Origin: Candidatus Iainarchaeum sp.
Lineage (GTDB): Archaea > Iainarchaeota > Iainarchaeia > Iainarchaeales > GCA-2688035
Reading direction: 5' to 3'
Assembly (NCBI GenBank): GCA_017610205.1
Contig: JAFCCL010000002.1
Location: 71,481 to 135,480 of the forward strand
DNA: 64,000 bases
Of this stretch, positions 37,472 through 47,100 are shown piece after piece (position 1 is the first letter of the stretch; each line of letters opens with the position of its first letter). The notes below the pieces were generated by a model. That model was not told where the DNA came from and searched no databases. It worked only from the letters and a program-made list of their open reading frames with translations. A program made the position numbers and the translations under genes.

Positions 37472-39457
37472 TTAGGCCCCAAAAACAAATTCTTTCAATT
37501 CTTTAAGGCTGCCAAGGTTGTTTGCCTTTAGCATTCTCTCCGAAAGGGTGTATAGCACATCACCAATGTAAAGGCTTCTTTTGACGCTGTAAACATCGTC
37601 AAAGTAATAGCCTCTTTTTAATTCATCCTCTTCAGTCACATGCGTTATCCTGCCCCTTTCAACAAACCCATCTTCAAGGCTTACATTGAAAACAAAGACA
37701 CCCTGAAAAGTGTATTCTCCTCGTTCAGGCGAACCTTTTCTTTCAATATTCGGAGAGTTTTTTATATCTTCAGGAATTTCGGCCAATAGTATTGGCAAAA
37801 CAAGAAGCTCTTTTTCCTTGTTATATAGGAATGCCTTGTGGTCGTGCAATGCATAGCTCTCGGTTCCCCTGTCTCCAATAATAATCTTGTGCATTTCAAC
37901 AGGGTTTTCCACATCACTTACATCAAAAATTGCCATTTTAAGCCCTTGATACCATGCAAAGTCTCCGTAAGTTGACTCAATTGAGTCCTTGCCAATTCCT
38001 ATAAGATGGTCTTTGTCTATTGGATGCAGGTAATCGCTGTACCCAGGAATCTTTAACTTTCCAAGAACTGTTGGGTTGGTTGGGTCTGAAACATCTATGA
38101 CAAACAATGGGTCAACCTTTTTGAATGTTACCATATAGGCTTTTGGACCCATGAACCTCGCGCTATAAATGCTTTCACCAGGGGCAAGATCCTCCAATTC
38201 ACCAATTGTTTCCATGGCCTCATCCAGGACATAAAGGCTGTTTGAACCATTCCATCCAATGGTTGTTGCAATTCTGAAGTTTCCTTCAAATTCGTCCATT
38301 GAAAACTGATTTAGTACATGGCCTGAAACATTGCCTTGCCCAAGATAGCCTATTTCTCCAGCAACCAAACCAAACTTGGTTACTACTGTTTCTTCACTGT
38401 CACCAATGATTACTCTTTCAATTTCTTTCACAGCAGTTCCTTCAGGAATAAAAGTTTCCCTTGGAAGCCATGCTGTTGCTGCAAGATATATGTTGTTCTT
38501 TGAAGCAAAAACACTTTGAGCGTCTCCTGCAATTGTTTCCTGTTCTGTTTCACCAGAGTCAAGGTTTATTGAGGCAAGTGTAACAAAGCTTCTGATTGGC
38601 ATTGGGTCAATGTAGCCAATCTCAGTTGCTTCTGCAACCCTTTTTTCAGTTCCGTCCTCAGCCATCATTGGAATAATGCATTCTTTGCCTTCAAAGCAGT
38701 CCCTATAGTTTGGCCAGCTGTTTACAACAAAGTATGCATAGTCTCCAATCATTCTTGAAGTTAGGTAATTTCCTTCAAAGTCAAGCTCTTTTTCAAGCTT
38801 TGGATTTTCCCTGTCTGAAATATCATACAGCCTTACTGCAACACTAGTTCCTCCATAGTAAGGGTAATACATTTCGTCAGCTGCAATTCCAGATTCTGCA
38901 GGAACTTGTTCCCTAGCTGCATATTGCAACTGTGAGTTGCCAAACACCAATAGCTTGTCATCCAAAACAAACATTTCCAAAGGATTTACACCTGGCAGAT
39001 TTGTTTCAGAAACTATTTTGCTTCCTTCAATTGGATAAGCATCTGTTATCACAAGCGTTTCACCTGAAAAACTGTAAATGTATTTTCCATCTGTTTTTAC
39101 AATGTCAGCTTCGTCAACTCCTTCAACCTGAATGTTTGTGGTTGAAAAATCTGAGCTTGTGCCATCAAAATCCCCACTTTTTTCAGCAGCCATTGGAACA
39201 GCAGTTTCAAGCACCATATTATCCATTATGCCACCACGATAACCCCAATCAGATTCATCAAAAGCAGCCTTTAATTCTTCATAGCTTTGAAAGCGTGGCA
39301 CTTCCTTAAATTGCGGCAGTATTATACCATTGCCACCGTTGTTAGTGTCTATTGGTCCCATGTAGGGGTATGCCATTAAAGCCGCACCTACTACAACAAG
39401 CACGGCAAAACCAAGTAAAAAATTTGTATCAAGATCCATTTTTATATCACCTAACAC
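37472..39457 (-). CDS. N-terminally anchored extracellular beta-propeller protein (COG4880-like)
   Basis: 661 aa with an N-terminal TM helix and repeated beta-strand-rich blades. Confidence 0.45.
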   Translation of the reverse strand: MLGDIKMDLDTNFLLGFAVLVVVGAALMAYPYMGPIDTNNGGNGIILPQFKEVPRFQSYEELKAAFDESDWGYRGGIMDNMVLETAVPMAAEKSGDFDGTSSDFSTTNIQVEGVDEADIVKTDGKYIYSFSGETLVITDAYPIEGSKIVSETNLPGVNPLEMFVLDDKLLVFGNSQLQYAAREQVPAESGIAADEMYYPYYGGTSVAVRLYDISDRENPKLEKELDFEGNYLTSRMIGDYAYFVVNSWPNYRDCFEGKECIIPMMAEDGTEKRVAEATEIGYIDPMPIRSFVTLASINLDSGETEQETIAGDAQSVFASKNNIYLAATAWLPRETFIPEGTAVKEIERVIIGDSEETVVTKFGLVAGEIGYLGQGNVSGHVLNQFSMDEFEGNFRIATTIGWNGSNSLYVLDEAMETIGELEDLAPGESIYSARFMGPKAYMVTFKKVDPLFVIDVSDPTNPTVLGKLKIPGYSDYLHPIDKDHLIGIGKDSIESTYGDFAWYQGLKMAIFDVSDVENPVEMHKIIIGDRGTESYALHDHKAFLYNKEKELLVLPILLAEIPEDIKNSPNIERKGSPERGEYTFQGVFVFNVSLEDGFVERGRITHVTEEDELKRGYYFDDVYSVKRSLYIGDVLYTLSERMLKANNLGSLKELKEFVFGA

Positions 39458-39541
39458 AAATAGGATTACTGATATTTAAATAGTGCTTTTTTTGCTTAGG
39501 CAAATGCCTAATAGTGCTTTTTTCAAAAAAAAATTGCAAAA

Positions 39542-39871
39542 CTAGATTGGCAGTCCTTCCAAAGCGCCTTTTTTCCTGAACCATTCAACCTGATTTCCAA
39601 AAAAGCGCCAAACAACATCGCCTTTGCTTGGCTGAAAATCCCAAATCTTTACAATAACCAAATCGTTTTCTCTAATCCAAACACGCTTCTTTAATTTGCC
39701 TGGAATTCTGCATCCTCTTTCAATCTTGTCCTGGCACATTACTTTGAGCTGGTTTGCACCCATAAGCTGTGTTACCACTCCGAAAATCTCAAACTCGTCC
39801 TTTTTTGGAAAACGCAGTTTTACAATGGGAGCAGTTCCCTTTTTGTCTTTTCTGTTCTTGTTGCTTGGCAT
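39542..39871 (-). CDS. eif1a: Translation initiation factor 1A (aIF1A)
   Basis: S1-like OB fold, GVVTQLMGANQLKVMCQDK...IVKIWD. Confidence 0.85.
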   Translation of the reverse strand: MPSNKNRKDKKGTAPIVKLRFPKKDEFEIFGVVTQLMGANQLKVMCQDKIERGCRIPGKLKKRVWIRENDLVIVKIWDFQPSKGDVVWRFFGNQVEWFRKKGALEGLPI

Positions 39872-39917
39872 TCAATAAAATCTATTTGGACTATGTTTTA
39901 AATATAACGCTTGGATA

Positions 39918-40641
39918 TTATGATTTTTTTCTTATTAGTTCAATTTCATTTTTTAGTAACGGAATTTTTTCTTTTTCAATGTTTACTTCTATTACAAATG
40001 GTTTTTGCAAAGAAAAGACAGGCTGTATTTTTTTCAAGGTTTCAGCATCTGATTCAACAAGCAAGTCGTGGTTTGGATTTCTAGAACGTGTTGCATTTAA
40101 GTGAATGTATTTTATTTTATCTTTCAAATTAACGGCGAATTCTTTTGGTTCTATTCCGTTTGCGATTGCGTGGTTAACGTCAAAGCAAAATCCGAATTTG
40201 CTCCATTTATTGAGGAATGTTTCAAATTCTTTTGGATATTGTCAGCCTTTTCTTTTTTTACCGTTAGGCATATTCTCAATGCACACATTTTTCACAGCTG
40301 ACAGTGCAGAAAAGGCACTTACATGATTTGGATGGAAAGTAACAAATTCAAAATTTACCTGTTTGGATAACGCCCCTAATCTTTTTGAAACTGTTTTTTG
40401 TTTCTTCGTTTTTGCCATAATTGGTTTCTTTTACAGGAACATGCAGCGTATTGAACTCAAGCGAATTCAAAAAATTAATAGATTTTTGGTCAAACTCAAA
40501 TTTGTCAAAATCTTCTTTAAAGATAAAGCAAATTTCAACACCGTCAATTAGCCCATAAAACTCTTTCTCGATAAAATGAAGGTGCTCAAGAATGCTTTCA
40601 GCAACCCTGTAAACACTACCAGTAGATAGGCTAACAATCAT
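39918..40641 (-). pseudogene. Disrupted paralogue of the EndoIV-like TIM-barrel gene at 275-1000
   Basis: The same 241-codon length and about 45-50% aa identity to the 275-1000 product. There is a +1 frameshift near 40348 and an in-frame TGA at 40242-40244, exactly where the paralogue has Trp (HKGWQFP vs KRKG*QYP). Confidence 0.6.
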
Positions 40642-40683
40642 AAGAACGCCTTGTACAAATGGTTATTTGCAATATCAGAATAA

Positions 40684-40953
40684 CTATATTTTAAATATTT
40701 GCACGTGCTTTACTTTTGCAATTTCAATCACATTATCTTTTGAAACAAGGCCTTCCTCCAATGCAATTTGAACTGCCTTGTTTCCAACAATATTAATGTT
40801 TTCAAATTCGTGGAGTTTGATTCGCAATTCTTCAATTGACACAGGCTCTCCGTTGTAAAAGCTATTGCTTACAACAAACTCTGTTTTTTTGCCATTGAGT
40901 GTTTTGCCACAAAGCTCTTTGTCACAAACACCAAGAACAGCATTACTTCCCAA
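40684..40953 (-). CDS. Hypothetical small protein
   Basis: 89-aa ORF downstream of aIF2beta. Confidence 0.35.
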   Translation of the reverse strand: MGSNAVLGVCDKELCGKTLNGKKTEFVVSNSFYNGEPVSIEELRIKLHEFENINIVGNKAVQIALEEGLVSKDNVIEIAKVKHVQIFKI

Positions 40954-40986
40954 ACCATGAACCCTGCAAAGAATTTAAACCAACTC

Positions 40987-41526
40987 TTAAAGCCCTTTGA
41001 CACTGCTTATTGCACCACAGGCTTCACACTTTAACATTTTTACACCGTGCTTTTCAACAACCTTGGTATCAGGCCTTTTGCACTCAGGGCACAAAATAAA
41101 CTGATTAATATAGCTTTCAATAAGTTTGTTTACCTGCTCTCTGTTAAATTTTCCATTTAATACAAGTCTGTTGTTGTCGTCAATTGCTGCAGAAGTAGCT
41201 GTTTCTTTTGCAATAAATTTAAAAAGGTGCTTTTTGTCCCTATTAATTGCCTTCAAAATTGCTGAAAAATTTCTCACAATGGTTTTGTGGCCCTGAATAA
41301 AAGACTCAACCTGCGGCATTTCAAAACGCTCGTGCTTTTTTGTACTCTCAGGCAAACAAGCATAAAGCCTTTCAAGCATCTTTTCATATTCCATGAAATA
41401 ATTTGTTACTGCGAGCATTTTTAACCCTTTCCAAAGCAGGAAAAAGAAAACATTATTAATTACGGGATTGTAATAGCTACATGGACTTTTCAATCTTCTT
41501 AAGCGGAACCGCGGAAATTGTTTCAT
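40987..41526 (-). CDS. eif2b: Translation initiation factor 2 beta subunit (aIF2beta)
   Basis: C-terminal ILCPECKRPDTKVV...LKCEACGA Zn-ribbon. Confidence 0.85.
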   Translation of the reverse strand: MKQFPRFRLRRLKSPCSYYNPVINNVFFFLLWKGLKMLAVTNYFMEYEKMLERLYACLPESTKKHERFEMPQVESFIQGHKTIVRNFSAILKAINRDKKHLFKFIAKETATSAAIDDNNRLVLNGKFNREQVNKLIESYINQFILCPECKRPDTKVVEKHGVKMLKCEACGAISSVKGL

Positions 41527-42029
41527 TCTTTACGCAGTTTTTTTACGGCTCTCCCTGGGGAATCCCACTGCTTTTCCTGTTTACCTTGTTTGCAAACGCC
41601 TCAATAGTGCTTCCAATCCTTGTAGAACCAGTAGTGCTTGCAGTTGCAGCATTTGCACCAAACATTTGGACAGCAATCTTTGTGGGAATTTTAACAGGCA
41701 CTGCAGCAGCAATTGGAGAAATGTCAGGATATATTCTTGGATTGCTTGGAGTAAAAACCCTTAAAAAAATGAGCAAGGCCAAAATTGAAAAAGTTTTTGA
41801 AGTCGGAGAAAAACTTGCAGACAAAGGCATGCCAATAATTTTTATATTCGCCTTCACACCATTGCCTTTTGACTTGATAGGAATTGCAGGAGGAATAATA
41901 AAATACGACCCAAAAAGGTTTTTTTTGGCAACATGGCTTGGGAAACTCTTAAGGTATGTTTTGGTTGCATTAGTTGGATTTCTTGGAATGGAAGCATTAC
42001 CATGGCTTGGGACATTACTAGGGCTATAA
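41481..42029 (+). CDS. Small polytopic membrane protein (DedA/VTT-like?)
   Basis: 182 aa with 4-5 TM helices. The 5' end overlaps the divergent aIF2beta start, so the true start is probably later. Confidence 0.35.
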   Translation: MDFSIFLSGTAEIVSFFTQFFYGSPWGIPLLFLFTLFANASIVLPILVEPVVLAVAAFAPNIWTAIFVGILTGTAAAIGEMSGYILGLLGVKTLKKMSKAKIEKVFEVGEKLADKGMPIIFIFAFTPLPFDLIGIAGGIIKYDPKRFFLATWLGKLLRYVLVALVGFLGMEALPWLGTLLGL

Positions 42030-42286
42030 GAAAGGTTTAAAAATATTAGAAAAAGAAATATATAAGTGAAAGGAATATGACAATAAGAAAACCAGTTGCG
42101 AAGAGTATAGCAAAAAAATCGCCTACGATAAAATTGTCAGCGATTGAGAGAATTAGACAACGACTTGCACATTCACAAGCTGATCGCTTAAATTACAAAA
42201 AACAACTTGCCAAAGTCCGGAAACAACTTAAAAAAGCAAAAAGAGTTGGCTGATTTTTTTAAATTCAATTTTTTAAAAACCTTTTT

Positions 42287-43129
42287 TTAAAAGCCTAAGG
42301 CAATTAAAGCAAGCCATACAAAAATCATCAAAACAGCCTGCAAAGGAAGGGCAGGCAATGCTTTGCCAACATGCCTTCCAACCCAGTCCATTGTAAAAAC
42401 CAATCCGATTATTGAAGCAACCAAAATCATTGCTGCAGGGACAAGATAAAAAGGATAGGCGGCAGAGCTTGCCTTCATTACGCTTACTGCAAATACCAAT
42501 GGCAAAACAAGGTCGCCTGTTCCAAGCTCAAACTGATGCTCTTTTGTAGGAATTGCAACAGTAAAAGCAAGGTTTTTTCCGGAAATTCCTTTAGCAAGCT
42601 TAACCATGTGCTTTGTTTTAAACACTGCAATGAAATCGTAGACAGACAAAAGGATTAGAAAAACAAGAACAGGAATTACGCCAAGAGAAACACCTATAAG
42701 CGCACCAACACCAGCAACAGAAATAATTGCCGCAATATTTCTTATAAAAACGCTTTTTGGAAGCAGTAGCCTTAGTGCAATAAGTTCAACTGCAAAAACA
42801 AAAGCAATTGTTTCAGGAACAAAGGTACTGAAAACAATAATTGAAGTGGTAAAAACAACAAATATTTCAAAAACCCTGAACAAGCCAGGGCCTTTGAAGA
42901 AAAACATGAAAACCAAAAGCATTGCTGTAAAAAACAAAATTCCTGCAATTAAAAAAACCGCATTCAGCGGGTCATCAGGGCTGTCAGTAAAAATGGTTGG
43001 TTGCTCCATTTCACCTGAAGAAATTTCAGCAATTAAATCAGCACCAACACCAAGTCCAATAACCTGTGCAAGCACAAAAATCAAAACAAGCTTTGGCAAA
43101 ACCTTTTGCATAAAGAAAAAAGAATGCAA
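42287..43129 (-). CDS. Presenilin / signal-peptide-peptidase family (A22) intramembrane aspartyl protease homologue
   Basis: LSVYDFIAVF (YD), FELGTGDLVLP (GxGD), and GKALPALP (PAL) occur in the correct order within a 9-TM protein. Confidence 0.6.
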   Translation of the reverse strand: MHSFFFMQKVLPKLVLIFVLAQVIGLGVGADLIAEISSGEMEQPTIFTDSPDDPLNAVFLIAGILFFTAMLLVFMFFFKGPGLFRVFEIFVVFTTSIIVFSTFVPETIAFVFAVELIALRLLLPKSVFIRNIAAIISVAGVGALIGVSLGVIPVLVFLILLSVYDFIAVFKTKHMVKLAKGISGKNLAFTVAIPTKEHQFELGTGDLVLPLVFAVSVMKASSAAYPFYLVPAAMILVASIIGLVFTMDWVGRHVGKALPALPLQAVLMIFVWLALIALGF

Positions 43130-43193
43130 TAGTGCTTAAATAATTGATGGAAGAAAGCAAATCATTTAATATTACAAAACTGAAGTTTAATAC

Positions 43194-43781
43194 ATGGCAA
43201 AGAAAAAACCTGTACAACTAGGCAGGTGGAAGCAAACCACTAAAAGAAGGCGAACCTTTTTTAGAAGGGCTTTGGCTTCAACAGATGCTTCTATAAAGGA
43301 AATTGCAGCACGTTCTGGTGTAAGTCGCGGTACTGCTTATTCCTTTAATAAAAAATTTAAAATAAGGTCAAAAAAAGAAGTCGCTCATTTGGCTGCAAAA
43401 GCTAGACAAAAAGTGAGAGCCACTAGGAGAGAAAAAATTTTGTCCTTTTCCTTTGAAGAAAAACAAGTCCTTCTCGCACAACACAAGCCGGCTCTTATTT
43501 CTGTTGTTAAAAAATGGTGGAGTTCAAAATCAATCAAGAAAGAATTCGGAGAATTTAAAGATTTCTACCAAGAAATGAGTAACTATGTCTTTGAACAGCT
43601 TGATTACTATAACCCAAAATACTTGATTGAGGGAAAACCTAGAAGCGTTCTTAGCTGGATGATGGACGGTGCAAAAATCTTCTGCAAACGGTCCTATAAA
43701 TATGCATCAGAAAAAAGAGAAAAAGAGATGCCACGTGACAAAAAAGATCGGTTTTATTCCGAAGTTGAAATCGTAACATAA
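43194..43781 (+). CDS. Basic HTH protein
   Basis: N-terminal K/R-rich stretch, then TDASIKEIAARSGVSRGTAYSF HTH. Confidence 0.4.
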   Translation: MAKKKPVQLGRWKQTTKRRRTFFRRALASTDASIKEIAARSGVSRGTAYSFNKKFKIRSKKEVAHLAAKARQKVRATRREKILSFSFEEKQVLLAQHKPALISVVKKWWSSKSIKKEFGEFKDFYQEMSNYVFEQLDYYNPKYLIEGKPRSVLSWMMDGAKIFCKRSYKYASEKREKEMPRDKKDRFYSEVEIVT

Positions 43782-43799
43782 TCTAGAGGTAAATCACGC

Positions 43800-44120
43800 T
43801 TGATTCCAAAATTTGGATTATCGGAAATCCCTAATCCGACAAAGAGTTTTCTAAGACGTCTTGGGTTTAACCTTCAACAAGTTAGAGAGTTTGGCTTTGA
43901 AGAAATCAAAGAACAACTGCTTAAAATTTCTAATTCTGAGAAAACAGGGTTAAATAAAAGGGAAAAGCAAGTTGTAAAATTAAGGCTTGATGGAAAAGAC
44001 GGTTCTGAAATAGGAAAAGCTTTGAGTAGCAGTAGGCAGTGGGCTAGTAAGTTTCATACAAGTGCAATAAAAAAGATAAAAATACAGCTTGAAAAAAAGC
44101 GCCCTTCCTCTGGGACTTAA
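43800..44120 (+). CDS. Small sigma-70-region-4/LuxR-like HTH protein
   Basis: LNKREKQVVKLRLDGKDGSEIGKALSSSRQWASKFHTSAIKKIK. The stop overlaps the mcm stop convergently. Confidence 0.4.
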   Translation: MIPKFGLSEIPNPTKSFLRRLGFNLQQVREFGFEEIKEQLLKISNSEKTGLNKREKQVVKLRLDGKDGSEIGKALSSSRQWASKFHTSAIKKIKIQLEKKRPSSGT

Positions 44121-47100
44121 TCCTTCCTTGTTGGCTTTAAGAAATTGTGCCTTGGCCTGTATAATTCACCATTCTTTTCAAGCTTTTGAATCAGGTCTCT
44201 CGCCCTTTCCTTATCAATGCCTTCAGAAACAGCTTCGTTTAATACATCCTGCAATGGAACATTGTCCATTTCAGCTGCCTTTTCTCTCAAAATTGAAAGA
44301 ATCTTTCTCATATTTGTTATCTGAGTATGAGTTTGTCCGGTCATAATAATGTCATAATCTATTTTTCCTGTTTCAGGATCTGTTACAACATCGCTCAAAC
44401 TTGCCTTAACAAGCTTTATAGCTCTTTCAGCATCCTCTTTTTCAGCAGTGTCTGAAAGCCTTATTCTTGCACTTGCCTCTGCAAGCCTTACAAGCCCTTC
44501 AAGCTGCCTGTGAGTAGCAGCATAGCTTCCCTCTTTTCTGCCAATATCCCTTAAACCAATATAAAAATCCCCAATTGCCTGAATTGCTTCCTTGCTCATC
44601 ACAGGAAAAATATTTTGCCTTGTAAAAGAAATGTACTTTCCCAAAAGCTCTGGGTCAACAGGCGGGGTTGAAATTAATTCAATGTCTTCCTGGTCTTCCT
44701 TTTTGAGAGCATTTCCTTTTTTCTTGTACTGTGAAATTAATTCACCGCTTTTGTGAGTTTTCAAAATGTGTGCTGTTATGGCTTCGTCCTTTGTCCTGTC
44801 CAACACATCCTTTATCATAAAGAAAAGGTCAAATCGTGAAATAAGCGATGCAGGCAAATTAATTTGTTCAATGAAAGGAGTATATTGTTCAAACCTTGAC
44901 ATTTTGGGGTTTGCAGCAGCAAGAATGCTTGTGTCAGATTTAAACCTTGTTACAATTCCGGCTTTTGCAACCGAAATCATTCCCTGCTCCATTGCCTCGT
45001 GCATTGCACTTCTGTCCTCTGCATCCATTTTGTCCAATTCATCAACCATGCAGATTCCGCCACTGCTTAAAACAAGAGCTCCTGCTTTTAGAGTCCAGCC
45101 TCCTTCACCAAAATCATCCTTAACAGCCGAGGCAGTGTTATGGACAAAAATTCCATTTGCAATAAAATTATGATCTTTTTTAACAGAAAAATCGTAAACA
45201 AATTCATAGCATGGCTTGAAGCATTCTTTTTCTGACACCTCTTCCCATAGGATATCAGATTTTGCAAGCTGTTTAAGCAATAAATTATTAAAAGATTTTT
45301 TTCTAACAAACTTTTGAAGTTTTTTTCTTGAAATGTTTAACCTTCCACTGCTGTAAATCCATTCTGCGTTTTGGTTTTTTAGCAATTGATGTATACTTGG
45401 AATTATATCAATGTTTGTATTTTCCTCAGGTGCTTTTGAAATAAGTTCTCTTAACTTTTTCTTTTTTTCTACAAGATTGAATCCTATTTGCTTTTCAAAT
45501 GTTTCAATGTTTTTTTTGCCTCTTATTTCAGTATAATACTGGTCATGGCTGCTTGTTACAGAAATTTTTTTTTCTACGGCAATTTTTTCGGCCTTTTTCC
45601 TTTTTCTCAGCTTGCTCTGGATTCCAAATTTAAGCAATGCCAAATGAAGACTTTTTGCAAGCCCTTTGCTTATTGTAGTAATTCCAACACTTGAAGAATA
45701 GTTTTTCCCAATGACAACCCAGCCATCAGTATCAAAAAGACCTTGTAACAACTTTGCCAAAATATTATTTGGCATTTCTGTTGCAAGATGCGAGATTCTT
45801 ATCCTGGTTTTGTCACGATTAAGCCCAAATGCCTTCAATAGCTCACATACAACCCTATAGCTGATTCTTCTCGCAGGCACTCTAAAACCGTCGTTAATTT
45901 TTTCAGGAAGCAAACCAAACAGTTCCAAAGATATGGCATCAATTTCTTGTAGCAGTTGTTCAGTAGCACTGAATATTCTTATTGTTGAGGTGCCGTTGCC
46001 TTTTTCCCAAAGGCTTCCGTCTCCAAGCGCAAGACCTGCAAGATATGCAAGTTTTTCATTATCAAGGTATATTGGAATTTTCATTGGCTTTCCATGGTTT
46101 ACAAAAACCTCAGAAATCTGTTTTGATATGTCCTCCAAAGAAAACCCAGCTTCTTGACTCAATTCAATTAAATTTTTAAGAGAAATTGCATGATAGTGTC
46201 GTTTGTTTCTTATAGCATAGATGGTATCCCTGCTTTTGCCAATTTTTTTTGCTATTTTCTGCAAAGACCCGTAATCTTTAACAAGAATGTCTGTTATTTC
46301 TTTCAGTAATTCAGCAACATTATCTTTCACCAGAATGTTTTTGTCATTGGCAAGCAAGCTTATTGAAGGAATGTTTTTTTTGTTTCCTTCAGGCAATTTT
46401 CTTGGACACGCAACAAAATCCCCTTTTCCAAGGTCTTCTGATTTAACCCATTCAATTTTGTTGTCTTTTAATCTAACAAGCGAAGTGTTTGGAGTGAGCT
46501 CTATTTCTTTCCCAAGCCTTGTTTTAATTCTAATCATTTCTTCAGGTGCCTTTATTTTCCAAATTTTGTAAATATCTTCCTTTTCAAGCTTCAACTTTGA
46601 ACCCAAACAATGGCTTTTTCCGCTAAAATTATTTGCCCAAGCATTTGGAATTTCTTCAACCGAATTTTCTTCACAAAAATTTTCTTCAACAAAATCCTTA
46701 ATTGGCTTGAAACCGTTGTCATTAAGAATTAAGGAATCCGGAGCTACACACAAACCCACACCAGAAGTTGTCTTTCCAGCAGTGTAAATGCTTCTTGGAG
46801 CAATATTGTGAGAAGACTGAAGGATTTGACTCTTTCCTGTTCCAGGATCTCCAACCAGCAAAACATGAACATTGCCCCTGATGGTTTGGTTTCCCGGCAA
46901 ATGCTTTTTGACTCCTCCAAAAAGCTGCAGTATAATTGATTCCTTTACAGTTTCGTGCCCATAAATTGCAGGCGCAATGCTTTTTGTAAGCTTTTCATAA
47001 ATTTCAGGATTTTCTGCCAAAGCCCTTATTTCGTTCTCCTCCTCAGGCGTTACCTCAACAGATTCAAATTCCCGCTGGGTTTCCTCCAAATGCAATGCCT

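Noticed and set aside
40242-40244. In-frame TGA aligned with a Trp codon of the paralogue (and a second in-frame TGA inside a RelE-like ORF at 57320-57322) raised the possibility of UGA recoding.
   Set aside because: TGA terminates several well-conserved genes at their expected C-termini (for example top6B at 54568-54570, the 787-aa surface protein, and the Zn-ribbon gene at 4163-4165). The EndoIV paralogue also carries a frameshift. Pseudogenisation is the simpler explanation.
275-40641. Inverted EndoIV-like paralogues considered as terminal inverted repeats of a 39-kb mobile element.
   Set aside because: The copies share only about half their residues (ancient duplication). The intervening region is full of core housekeeping genes (exosome, ribosomal proteins, translation factors).
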